A model generated the notes under the pieces. That model had not been told where the DNA came from and ran no database searches. It saw nothing but the letters and a program-made list of their open reading frames with translations. Shown here piece by piece: positions 25,901-38,416 of a stretch of DNA of 64,000 nucleotides (positions are counted from its first letter, which is position 1; each line of letters begins with the position of its first letter). This DNA comes from Oculina patagonica (Eukaryota): NCBI RefSeq assembly GCF_052425735.1, contig NC_135765.1, positions 18,662,001 through 18,726,000 of the forward strand, written 5' to 3'. Both the position numbers and the translations under genes were made by a program.

Positions 25901-28900
25901 CAAAAACGAAAAAATAACCTGTTTATCAAGTGGAAACCCCAGTGCGTCTTTTCGGAACCTTTCTCCTGTTGTTAAGTGTGTGTCGAGAAAGAAACATTTG
26001 TTTTTCTTCAGCGTATTCTTATTGTTTCAAGCCACTGTTGTTACATCGCCCATGTGAAAAATAAGCCGGTTATTTTTAGGCACCTCGGGAATATGTGATT
26101 TATTCACCTCGGGCTGCGCCCTCGGTAAATAAATCGCATACTCCCTCGTTGCCTAAAAATAACCCTCACTTATTCCTTCTCTCTATTTCTCAACCTAGGA
26201 TGTATGCAGATGACACGCACTTAACCTTTGCCAGTAACGATGTTACCCTATTAGAAGAAAACATGAATAATGAGTTAACTAAAGTTTCTGAATGGTTAAT
26301 TGCAAATAAACTCACTCTTAATAGATCGACAGACTGAGTTTATGATGCTAGGGTCAAGGCAAAGGTTAAATACTTTGAGTAGACCTTTGTCCTTCTCAAT
26401 AAATGGTGACTCTATAAAGCAAGTTGAATTTACAAAATCCCTTGGTGTATATATAGATCAGAACCTTACTTGGAATCTACACATTACAATTATTTCTAAA
26501 AAGATTGCATCTGGCATTGGCATCCTAAAGCGTAGCAGGTCTTTTGTTCCATTTAAGACATTACTATGTATCTATAACTCTTTAGTACAACCCCATTTTG
26601 ATTATTGTAGTGTCGTTTGGGGGAATTGCAATAAAACTCTGGCAAGTAAACTACAAAAACTGCAAAACCGTGCTGCACGTTTCTTGACCTCTTCTTCCTA
26701 CGATGCCAATGCTGATGATCTTATTGCAAGACTTGGCTGGAATAAACTCGATGTCCAATTTAAATGGTCTATAAATCACTCAATGGTCTTGCACCCGACT
26801 ACCTTAGGTCAATGTTTTCTGATAGAAGCGATACGTGCACCTATTCACTGAGAGGGTCCGCGGTTAAACTAACTGTTCCGCTTCCCCGCACTAATTTTCT
26901 TAAAAACAATTTTAGCTATAGAGGTGCGGTGCTGTGGAACAGTTTACCTGTCGACCTACGGCAAGCACAAACTCTCACTAGCTTTAAATCCGGCTGCAGC
27001 AGTTTCGTTTTTGGCTAGAATCAATGTAAATATTAACATCACATGGCCTTCATGGAAAGCAGGCATTCCTTTTATTATAATTAACAAGAACATTGAGAAG
27101 CTTGAGAAGCTTAAAATCGGGCGCTTTGCCTTGAAAGGCAGGGTTCAGTACAGCAGAAACCACGAAGCAGTTACTTAAGTAGCACTCAGTCCGACTGTGT
27201 TTGTGTAAGTCACAGGGCTTGCATGAGCTGTATTAGTGTGCATAATATAATATCTAGAACGTTGTCGAGATTGCATTATTACTTAATGACATGATGGTTT
27301 CAATTTATAAATGTATCTCACACAATACAAATAAACGATTGAAGTAGACGACTAGACAATGTAAAGTTTGACTTAGCAAAGTGCAGTGTATTGGTAATAC
27401 TGTAAGGTGCGGTTTCACCTGACGGTCGTGTGCTTTTCGGTATTTTCCAGGCATTGCACTTTGATGGGACAGTACTACAACTGTTTACCGGGGAACTACT
27501 ATTGTCAAGAAAATGATCACAACTTGTTGATGAATGATTGAACATTTGTTTCATACCATTACTGTAATAGCAATTGATGAAGGCTTTTAGTACTGAACCA
27601 AAGTATAAGGACTGGGAAATACTGAAACCCATTATCAGCCACCTTAAACGGAAATATCTTGTTGGTGTTTCAAGGAATACAAGGAAACTTCACTCATCCC
27701 ATGTATCTATGTATTGCGGTATTTTGTAATTTTTTGAGTGATTTTTGGGGATGTTTGGCAGGTGATAGTTTTTTTAAAAGAATTAGTAAAATTTAGACAA
27801 CTAAGAAATATTGAAAATTTAATGTGAATTTAACATTGGAATTTGAAGTTAGAAATTGGCAGACGGACACCAAACAGTCCCGTGACATCCTGGAGTGTTT
27901 TTGCATGGGGGTCAACTGTGTGATGATGTTTCCATTTTTTTCTTCAATCCCCACTGATAAAGAACTGTTGTTGGTGTTATGTTGGTGTTATCACATGTCA
28001 ATCCTTTAACAAGGTATGAAAGAACACAAGGATTTAAATTATTCTGGTGCTCAATTTTTGCGTAACTAAAATTAATGTTACTCAAATTCCTGATGGATTC
28101 TGTCTTAAACTGTTACGAGCTTAGTATTTCCAAATTATTGCATGTCAATGTAAGGCAAGACAAGACATGCCTTGGTTCTTATGTAATTCTCTTAAAAACA
28201 CATAAGATATTGACTATAATTTTGTCTGTGCTATGGCAATTCACAGTGGGGTGGTCTTGATGTGTCTTTAACTTGTAGACTGGACTGGACTAGTAAAACG
28301 CGGACTTGTAAAACGCCTCTAGACACTTCGAATTCCTTGGCCACAATCATCTTACGGCTCTCTTCAATACATAATGTCTCAAAAAAACAGTAACCTCAGA
28401 AAGAAGTCAGAAGCAAATAAGGTCGAAAGACCGAATTTGAACATATAACGGCAAATGTTCTAATGTCACGAACGTAGGAGTCGTGTAGGCCCGTCACCTT
28501 TATTTACCACATACTGCCCCCAAATTAAAACAGTACCCTCAGAAAGAAGTCAGAAGCAAATAAGGTCGAAAGACCGAACTTAAACATTTAACGGCAAATA
28601 TTCCAATGTCACGAACGTAGGAGTCGTGTAGGCCCGTCACCTTTATTTACGATTGACTGTTGATTTCTGGACGGGCCCCGTTCTACCTCGTGCGAGCAAT
28701 ACAAACGACTGCACTCAACAGACGTCAAGTAGTGGAAAGAAAGAAACATATGCACACAACTCATAGCATCAATCCCGTTGTTTTAGTAGGGGTTTGCAGA
28801 ACGAACATGTGCTATACTGCAAAAACATCTCCACGCTAAAACAGACCATAGAGTGCTCAAAAAAGCTAGAAATATGCCGTCGAAGAAACACACAAGAGCT

Positions 28901-31900
28901 TCAAACACAAATTGTTTCGCTCGCTAAACCGTTTAGTTTCCGTTTAGTGTCCGCGTTCTACAAGTCCGTGCTTAACAAGCCCTCGTTTTACAAGTCCGCG
29001 TTTTACAAGTCCGCGTTTTACTAGTCCTCGTTTTACAAGTCCGCGTTTTACTAGTCCGCGTTTTACTAGTCCGCCTTTTACAAGTCCGCGTTTTACTAGT
29101 CCGCGTTATACTAGTCCGCGTTTTACAAGTCCGCGTTTTACTAGTCCGCGTTTTACTAGTCCAGTCCAGTCCTCGAAATACAGTATGCCAAAACTCCCCG
29201 CCCTCTAAAGATAAGTCCTTGACGGTTCTTGTCGTTTTTCGGTGCCTATTCATCTTCGGCATCTTTCTCATCCACCTCTCGTTCTGTCCTGTGTCTGTCA
29301 TCACACGAAAGAAAAGCTGATTCTCAAAAAATCTGCCACAAAAGGAAATTGACAAAAACAATATGAAAACCATATATCGAAAGTTTCTTATTCTAAAATT
29401 TTATCATACGTCTTAATTCAGAGCTACAAAGAAGTTCCTCCTTTTGAGTTATTGATACTGTTCTTACAGTACCTCTTTCCACTAGCGAAATTTTACAAAA
29501 TTCCTTCGCGGCGAAAAGGTAGCGCGAATCCAGAACAGACTCCAATCGAGAGTGGGTTAATTCTAGATTACTATTAATTAACTATTACAACATTCATTTT
29601 TAAAATAGTTTCCCAAGCCGACTAAGCTAACTAAACGTCGAGTGTATCTTTCAGTAAACAAAACATGCCGTTATGACGCCGGAAATCCAGCTCACGCATA
29701 CTATACCCCGTGACTCACGCAAACCTCCGACTTACGTGCTACTACAGTCATTCCTTTCTAAACATTTTTTTTTGACCACCACCGTACCTTTCTACCCAAA
29801 AAACTCATGAAACCGCCCGGTTTTAACCTGTTTTAACCTTTCAAAAATTAGAGCGTTCGAAACTAAATAAGATCCGTAATCACAAACAACATACAGCCGT
29901 TTACCAGCACTCTTAAAAACTCCTGAAACCCTTCAAAATCAGGCAAAATAAATCTTTGAAATAACCTTTATCAATGTTTCTTATTTTTTATTCAGTTCTA
30001 TAAAATGCCTTTCATACACTACTGTCAAACAAAAATTTCAATTTCCTCAAAGTTTCAAGACAAAAGAATAACAAATATTTCGTGCACAATGTAATTTGAT
30101 TAAGCCAATATTATCACGTCTAAAAATACTTCAAGCAATTCAGTGAAAACCCGTTTTTTTTCGTATCAACGAAAACCACTTTCGAATAATCAATACATGA
30201 AAATAACAATAAGATCAAAAGGAAGAAAGGAACCTTTCTAATTATTTGAAGACTTTCAAAGCCGTGATATTATGCATCCAATCCGCGATAAAATTTAATT
30301 ACAACAAAATCCAAGTTCTCATTTTGAAGTCCATTTTTTTCAGTTGATACCTTTATCCAACTTGTGAAAAATTCCATTCAAGTTCCTATTAATACTGTAC
30401 ATTCCCAATGTTTTGCTCAGGTCTTCAGAAGCGTCTTACTAACCAAATCTAAAATAATTCCAAAACATGCTGTACAAACATTCTACTCTTTGTGACAAAC
30501 GACTTGACGACCAATTGTTCGAAATGAAAATCGACACAGTTCTTCCTAAATAAAAAAAAAGTTTTACGGCGGAGTCAGGCTCAAAAAATATACCGCAAGA
30601 TCACACCCCCATTCATAGTCAGAAACCAGCAAACCATCTAGTTTGCTAAAAAAAACACTGCGTGACATCAATGACGTTACCTTTTTCATTTACAAAAATA
30701 ACTTTAACTTGTCAAAGTAAGTGCAATTTCACAATGGTGAATATATCGGCCCAGTTCTCGGCCGGGTCCAGTTCTCGGCCACTTTGTGTTTAACGCGTTT
30801 TTTCACACTCCAGTTGAATCAAAAAGAAAAGGTATTTCCTTCAAACGATAGACTGATTCATGTGCTTTAAGTATCTTGAGTTTGATCGTTCAATTCGATA
30901 TAGAAAGCTCACACGTCGAGTTTACGCGGAGGTAGTTGTTTGTTTACGGCTCCAAATTCATGGATGTAGTTAAATTCGTATTTTATCCAAAAGCCCCCAC
31001 CATACGAGCTAATTTTTGGCATGTGAAACGTAGAATAATTCAGCTTTCTGCTTTAGTTAACTTTTCGTTGAACCGTTGTATTTTTTGGTCTTAATTTACT
31101 TCGAAATTTTTTCTTGCGACGTTTGCGTATTTGCCAGTTCTCGGCCACCCTGCTCGCTATCACAGCTTAGCGCTTGGTTTTTAATATAATTTCATCTGCT
31201 GCTGCCAGAATGAAAGAAATAAATGTTTTAAAAATAAAGTTCAATCTTATCTCTAAGTTTTGAGCTGACTCTTGTCTTGTCTATTATTTCTACAACACCT
31301 AAATATTTCAAGACCTTTTCACTGCAAAATAAACCATCTAAATGCACGGGTCACACAATGCGGTTTTGCCAGAACCTGCACATAGGCAACTAGGCGCGTT
31401 AAAATCCTTCTTTTCTAAAGTAAAACAAAGCATCATAAAAATAATTTGGGATCGATATAGTATAAATAGGTTTACAGAGTGATTTTATGACTGTGAAAAT
31501 TAATTGAGCATTTTTTTTACAGATAATTACGCACAAGCTTTTTAGTGGCTGAGAACTGGGCCAAGGTGGCCGAGAACTGGGCCCACAAATGGAGCTTTTA
31601 TTTTTATTATTGCTCGGGCAAATTAATTTTTGACCGGTCGATAGCTTTACACCAAAAAGCTGAATAATGTAGCTAGCTCTGGGAGAAATTTCAAGTTCCT
31701 GCGGTTTTTCTGAGGTAAGAAATACAAGTTTACGTCAAAAGTGGCCGAGAGCTGGGCCAAGGTGGCCGAGAACTGGGCCCACAAATGGAGCTTTTATTTT
31801 TATTATTGCTCGGGCAAATTAATTTTTGACCGGTCGATAGCTTTACACCAAAAAGCTGAATAATGTAGCTAGCTCTGGGAGAAATTTCAAGTTCCTGCGG

Positions 31901-32521
31901 TTCTTCTGAGGTAAGAAATACAAGTTTACGTCAAAAGTGGCCGAGAACTGGGCCAAGGTGGCCGAGAACTGGGCCCACAAATGGAGCTTTTATTTTTATT
32001 ATTGCTCGGGCAAATTAATTTTTGACCGGTCGATAGCTTTACACCAAAAAGCTGAATAATGTAGCTAGCTCTGGGAGAAATTTCAAGTTCCTGCGGTTCT
32101 TCTGAGGTAAGAAATACAAGTTTACGTCAAAAGTGGCCGAGAACTGGGCCCCATACTGTACTTTGCCCCGTAAGCTTTTTTCTCTGTCCTTCCGCCGAAG
32201 CAAAAAAACACAACCTGATTAAACATTAACTCAAAAGTCGACCAAGTGTGCCTGCAACGATTTCCTGTCAAAACTAAAATGAAAACCATTGCGGTATGCG
32301 TCACCCGTAGCGGTTTTGTAGCAACCCCGAGCTATCCCCGTCTTTTTGGCCGCGCCAGGAGACTACGCTCTAGGACGACCAAGGGGTAAACCTTAAATCG
32401 GCCACGCCCGATTAATTAATACCATTGTAGACGACTAATGCAATTTAAATTTAGGTATTAAGTAATTTTAATAAGTATTATGTCTGTTAAGTCCTGATGA
32501 TTTTACCGTGTTGAAATAAAG

Positions 32522-32561
<40 letters not shown>

Positions 32562-35500
32562 TTGTTTCTGGAGGTTTACAGTTCGACCCACTTTGTTTTG
32601 AAAATACTACAACATTAACAACGTTGAAATAGGGGGAAAGGCAGAGGGGGTTGCAAAACTGAACTCTCTTAGCTAAATTAGTGGCAAATCGCTGAATGTT
32701 TCAACAGTTTTTTCCAAGATTGTAGTTCTGTTTTTCTTATTCAATGTTTGTCGAAAAAAGAAATCGGAGCGAGATGCTTTAATGCCTTACGGGAAACTGT
32801 GGTTATGTTATGTTTGACGACTGTTGATCTAACTTGCAAACGTTCTTTCAACGTAATTTTATTACTCGTTTTTTGCTTTGTCATTTTAGGGTCCACCGGG
32901 TCGACTGCAAACCAGAATCAAACAGGTGATTAAAGAATGCGGTTTATACAAATTACCACTGATGTATAGTAAGAAATTCAACTTAAAATTTGTACTATTT
33001 TTTAGCCTTGCAAATAAATAAAAAAATAAAATGTTTGTTAAAGTGCTCAGCACTTAGCTACCAGGTGAATACCATTTTAATTTTAAATTTTATTACGTGC
33101 AGCTGTTGGATGCTACAGCCAAATGGTGATTCTTCATGCTGTTTACCTTGGTGTCATAATCTTTTTGGTGGTTATCATTGTTGTAATTTGTATACTCTAC
33201 TGGAGAAAGCGTCGGTGTCTAGGTAAGTATTTGTATTCACTCTTTACATAGGGCCTCGCTTAAAATTAAACATAGTTGTTACGTTGTCGATCTTACTTCC
33301 TCTTCCGTCTGTATGTTCTATGGAAACCACTGGCGCTTTATCGACGTACACAAGTGGCAAATGAAATTTTCATCTTGTCCTAATTGGAAGTAACCCTTAC
33401 TGAGTGGGGCTGCTTTGCAGTTAGCCAAAATACCATGGGTGCCAATTGCCTTTTTCGCGCGTCTTGTCAAGTTGGCCTCCGATCTGTACGAAGGGACGGA
33501 GGAAAAAAATATCTGGTAGCCAACTGAAATGCTCCCTCAACTCTTACTTGTATATAAATGTTTTTTCTATCTAGACGCATAGGCTGACAGTTTGGCAGTC
33601 CTTTTTCATTAAAATGCGTGAAAAAGCTTGGAAAGATATCGGTTAACGTATTGGCCATTCTTTTTCGTCATTTATTATTGTCTTACTCAGAATGCTTTCT
33701 TGTTTTGCAGCGACCTTAAAGCGTGGGAAAAGGTGAGTACAAAAATCAAACTTGCTGGCAATAAACTTAAGAACTATAACCGACAGTATTTACTTTTTTA
33801 TTTTAATATGTTGTGTCACATACAACTTATCAGGTGCACGTATACTCGAATCATTTCGTGTTTCGAGTACAGTGGAAATAAAGTAATCGTCTCTGTGGTG
33901 TATTCAACGCAGCCAGAATGGTTGTCAAGTAAAAAAGTTGCTGCCTAATTTTATAAAATGAACATAATGCGTTCTAGTGTTGCAGTCGGTTGCACTGAAT
34001 GATGCGGATCGTTAACTGATATTAATTGCCAGATTCCGCTGTATATTTGTTGTGCACTGTCGACAGTGAGTAGTATTTTCTTCGAGAGAGCCTATCTTTA
34101 CTATCTTCTTTTTGTGAAAAAAACAAAAACAAATAATATTAATAGAATCGTAACAAATTTTTTAAACAAAAAGTAACGGGGAAACATCTACATCACTCGT
34201 ACCCGCTTCTAGTGAGTGAAAATTTCGTATCTTAGTAAAGGTCACTTACAGAACACATAAACGTTTTCATCCTTTAACTGAGCCTGGAGCTCAGAAAATC
34301 GGCAAAACCTTTCATGAGTTTTGCCAACGCCGTCACATCCAATACCCGCAAGGGGTTTTATTAGGCTTGAACTATGTTCTCGGTAGCGAAAAAACTCTTG
34401 ATTTGAAATATTTTTTCCATGTCTAGATTGTTATTCGCACCAAAATGAAATTTTACGTTTGTTGATTTTGGCCCATTTCACCTAGTCAAACAGAGTACGC
34501 ACTCTCAGTCAAAGCCCCATATTTTAATATATTACATTATATTTTATGAATATTTTCCATTTTAATATTTAAATTTTAATTATAGTGTCAGTAAATCCTC
34601 TTCACGTGCAGATTGCATTCAAATGGTACGTTATTTTCTTTTAATTTGATTTAATTTCTCTCAAACGTTTGCGAAAGAAACCGTTTTTTTTTTTCTAAAA
34701 ATAAAGTTCTGTCATAGGAAATGCATCATATTCAGCCGAATCTACAAATTATTCTTGGTTAACTTTTATCATTTCTTGCTTTTTATTATTCCTAGGATAC
34801 TATTGCCCAGCAAGTACCTGTTTTAAAGTCCACAGAGGTAACTGTCGCTTCCAGCACAACCTACGAGATTTCTAACAGCAGTGATTACATGTCGCTTCAT
34901 CCTTCAACGAGAAACTGGGAGATCAGTCGAGAACAAGTGAATATCATTAAAATTATCGGAAAGGGTGCTTTTTCCCAAGTTGCTAAGGCAACAACAAAGA
35001 ACATCTTTGGTAACCAAAAAGATGTAACAGTGGCTGTGAAAATGCTGCAAGGTAATTCGTTAACAACTTTTAGCGACACTGTGCCTTTTGGTTCAGGACT
35101 GACCTTTTTCTTAACTTATTTCTTTGAAATAGAAAATGCTCCTGATTCAGATAGAAAGGATCTGCTGTCGGAACTTGAACTGATGAAAAAACTGACACCT
35201 CATCCTTTTGTGATCAAGCTAATGGGATGTGTTACTGAGACAGGTACAGGAAATACTGATTAAATAATATTAGATGTAAAAATGTTATTTACAAGGTTGA
35301 AAAAGGTTATAACATTTTAAAAAAAGAACCGAACGTTTTCGACTTGTTGTCATCATCACCCTGATGATGACAACAAGTCAGGTCATGTTTTAGCGAACAT
35401 TGTGACAATATTAGATGTATTAATAAAAAGTATTATACACTACGAGCAGTCCATTATTTTGTTCTTAATCTGTCAAGCATGAAACGAAGAAAGAGCGCGT

Positions 35501-38038
35501 TTGGAAAAATGGCCATGGCAAATCTGGGAGCGAGACGCCTGAAAGAGGTATCCCTTTCGGGCGGAGCCGGTATCGGAATTACCTCCTTCAACGAAATCAG
35601 CCATTCGATGCAGTCAGGTTGCAAGAAAATCTACATGACTGCGAAATGATTATATAAATCTTGCTTTTGTTAAATCTCCAACTATGTAGTTTACTGAAAT
35701 CGACTAGGTGTTCGTTCTACAGTTCACGTGATAATGTGATTTCCTTTCTAGAGCCGTTACTAGTCCTCATTGAGTATGTGCCGTACGGTGATCTGCTGGG
35801 TTATTTAAGGAAGAGTCGTGGGCTCAATGACACGTATTTTAATAACCCGGATATAAAGCCGAAAACCAATTTAACGTCACAACAGTTGATGAGGTTTGCA
35901 TGGCAGATAGCTGATGGGATGACTTATTTGTCGACAAGAAAGGTAGATATCAAATTCAATGACATAACAGAAAAGGAAAACACATCAAATAACAAGGAAG
36001 GCGGCAATTTGAAATATTGGCATTTCTCTTTCAGATAATCCATCGTGACTTGGCGGCTAGAAATGTTCTTGTTGGCGAAGGAGAGAAGTGTAAGGTGACA
36101 GATTTTGGGATGTCGAGGAATGTTTATCAGGATAATGTTTATACCAAACAAAGTCGTGTGAGTATTCTAGCTATACTTCCGAACTCCCCGAACATGAATT
36201 CATTTTATCTGTGGTAATTTTGTTGTGACGACTGCTATAGGATGACATGAAAAGTCTAACAAACATATTTATCTTCCAGGGCCGGTTGCCTGTCAAGTGG
36301 ACTGCTTATGAAGCTTTGTTATATGGAACATACACAACACAAAGTGACGTGTAAGTACTTTACAACAACTTTAGGTTCGTGCCTTGGCCAGGATACAGGC
36401 TCCTTTGCTGTTTGACCGATAATTTCTTTGGGTAACTTACGATTGAGTAGCATGCTATCCAGTGAGAGTATCATGGCTAAATGCCGCTACAGATTATCCA
36501 TTGTGCTATCGATCATGGCGCCATCTTTGGAAAGCTGGCTTACCATGGTGTCACTGGTTAGTATACGTAATTGGACTACATGCTGTCCAATTTGGAAATA
36601 ATTTGATGAAAAAAATTTCGAGGGCAGCCAAAATTGGACGAGGCCGTAGGCCGAGTCCAATTTGGCTGTCAGAGGAATTTTTTGAATCTAATTATTTCCA
36701 AATTGGACAAGCATGTAGTCCGATTACATATTAATTATATAGCTTGTAGTCAGTCAATTCGACGTAAACCAGGCGTAAACAATAAACTTATGTTTAGAAC
36801 GGAAAAAGCATGATAATAGTAGGAATGACACAGCACATGCAACTCACTCAAAGCATTGTCTTCACAAATAAAACTTAAACAAAACAGTGCGATTTTATTC
36901 ACCTGAGTTTGCGAAGCTTGCTACAAAGTGAGTGAAAACACTGCATCAATCAATGAAAGTTGTAAACAAAGTGTCCTTTCCACTATCTCGTTCGTACTTC
37001 ATCGCCGTCTTTTCTTTTCGAATTTCAGCAAAAAACGACAAAGAATTGCATCTAGCTCATGGCAATGAATATCTGACAGATTTCTTGTTTCGCTTCGCTG
37101 CACTTACGTTCACCCAAGTTTTGTACTATTGGAGGTGTTTTGCTCTTGGTTTTTTATTCTTAGTGTAGCCAGCTCCTCTTCTGACAACGTAGAAATTTTT
37201 TCTTTGCTGTTACTACAGCTGAAAAGCTCAAAAGGAATGGAAAAACGGAGCAATGCTAACAATGCGACAAGTTTACAAGGCTGATGCTTTGCTTTGTGCT
37301 AATTGACAAATATCCGTCACATGTTGTTATTTCTTGTTAGTACGCGTACATTTTGTTCGCGTTGTTAAAATGCCTCGTTATATTCCTATAATAAGGTATA
37401 CGTATACGTATCTTTATGAATATATATATTTCTGCATTCATAAAGATACGTATAAAGATACGTTTTCTGTAGATCTTAGCCGGCATGAAAAAAACTGACT
37501 CTCCCTATTATTATTCTCATTATATTTGTTATTGCTTTCTTCACAAGCGTTGGTACCTGACTCAGCAAGTTACAGCTACTTATACTTTTATTGTTTATAC
37601 TATCCTAAGAGTGGGTTGACACTTACTGTTTTAATTCTAATTTTAATTTATAAGATACCAGATTATGCAACAGTGTTGGGAGGAAAATCCAAATGATCGG
37701 CCAACGTTTGTCGGACTGAAAGATACGATGAAAGAAATGGAGAGGAAGCACAGGGTAAGATTGAATTCAACGTGATCGTCCTAAAACAAACAATATCAGT
37801 CAACATCATCAACAGCAAAACATTTAAATACATGCGTTGTAAGGAACAAAGCAGGGGTAGGATGACTTTTAAAACCATGTTGCAACAGGAGTACATGATA
37901 AGAAAATTGTTTCGCATAAAACTAAGACTTTAAATTACAACTGACATTAGAATTGTTTCTTTGTTACAGACATACATCAACCTCAAAGAGTACGACAACA
38001 GCTTGTACGCCAATATGGAGGATCACACAGCTGAATAA
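15827..38038 (+). CDS. Receptor tyrosine kinase copy 1 (SP-V-Ig-Ig-FN3-FN3-TM-kinase, FGFR/RET-like kinase); open frame but two kinase exons absent
   Basis: Phase-consistent GT-AG exons: 15827-15893 (signal peptide [22 protein letters not shown]), 18447-18821, 19294-19548, 19729-19995, 20297-20590, 20772-21083, 32890-32925, 33103-33222 (TM), 33711-33732, 34586-34625, 34796-35051 ([14 protein letters not shown]), 35133-35243, 35752-35942, 36035-36157 ([11 protein letters not shown]), 36280-36350, 37655-37754, 37970-38038 (stop). Confidence 0.9.
16639..17066. mobile_element. TTAA-flanked MITE (Kolobok/piggyBac-type) in intron 1
   Basis: TTAAGGCACTATGTCACG ... CGTGACATAGTCCTTTTAA. Confidence 0.75.
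17711..17832. repeat. Inverted-repeat (MITE-like) segment
   Basis: CCTCGGTGTAAAAACCTG ... CAGGTTTTTACACCGAGG. Confidence 0.65.
22924..25105 (-). mobile_element. Young 5'-truncated L2/CR1 LINE nested in the older LINE
   Basis: ORFs 24506-25105 and 23175-24512 (one frameshift) with [17 protein letters not shown] and YADD; (TAT)n tail at 22924-22967. Confidence 0.92.
25106..26170. mobile_element. Non-autonomous element with terminal hairpin (Crypton-like)
   Basis: Hairpin GGTTATTTTTAGGCA..CCTCGGGCTGCGCCCTCGG..TGCCTAAAAATAACC at 26067-26164, directly before the outer LINE resumes. Confidence 0.45.
28278..29171. mobile_element. MITE with a 15-bp subterminal minisatellite
   Basis: GACTGGACTGGACTAG ... 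CTAGTCCAGTCCAGTC. About 14 copies of AGTCCGCGTTTTAC(A/T) at 28948-29160. Internal direct duplication at about 28385-28510 / 28527-28650. Confidence 0.85.
30748..32158. mobile_element. MITE containing a 196-bp x3 tandem amplification
   Basis: GGCCCAGTTCTCGGCC ... GGCCGAGAACTGGGCCCCATACTG|TA; repeat units start at 31565, 31761 and 31957. Confidence 0.8.
35279..35406. mobile_element. 128-bp insertion with 13-bp TSD and an 18-bp palindrome (Penelope pLTR-like)
   Basis: AATATTAGATGTA at 35266-35278 and 35407-35419; GACTTGTTGTCATCATCA-CCC-TGATGATGACAACAAGTC at 35341-35379. Confidence 0.65.
36566..37320. mobile_element. Non-autonomous element with long hairpin (Crypton-like)
   Basis: TAATTGGACTACATGCTGTCCAATTTGGAAATAATT..CGAGGCCGTAGGCCGAG..AATTATTTCCAAATTGGACAAGCATGTAGTCCGATTA (36568-36726); right boundary approximate. 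Confidence 0.5.
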
Positions 38039-38416
38039 CTATTACCAACAGACAGGAAATGCGGGTTCGGATTTTCCAATAAAACCCAATATCAAAAAAC
38101 GCTTCTTTTTCTTCTAGATTTATTTGTTTTCAACCGTTTGGACCGTGAAAAAGTTACATTTACATCGTCTAGAACTTTCAACCTCTTCAGGGTTCTCTTC
38201 AGGACATGATAATGAATATTATATAAGTCACTACGTTAAATATGCTGGGCAAGTAAGAAAATAGCACATGAACATTGATTCCCTAAGGTGCTGTCTAAAT
38301 TGTCTTATTGTTTGAGTTTCTTAGGATAATAGTATTTAATTAGGATATGTACGCAGTTCTATTCTTACGCTCTGGTGATTTGTCTTTGTGCGTATTTGCG
38401 TATATATACAATATTG

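Larger units (their letters stand above)
21245..27090 (+). mobile_element. Fragmented CR1/L2 LINE ORF2 in intron 6, split by nested insertions
   Basis: Endonuclease end SLSDHSLVY (about 21300), [29 protein letters not shown] (22370-22870), and [19 protein letters not shown] resuming at 26175-27018. Confidence 0.85.

Noticed and set aside
28948-29160. 15-bp repeat array as a CRISPR-like array, or ORF 28972-29373 (TRTSK repeats) as a gene
   Set aside because: There are no spacers, and it is the subterminal minisatellite of a TIR element.
34862-34897. Juxtamembrane [12 protein letters not shown] as an ITAM
   Set aside because: The first half-site is YxxS/P and the spacing is too short.
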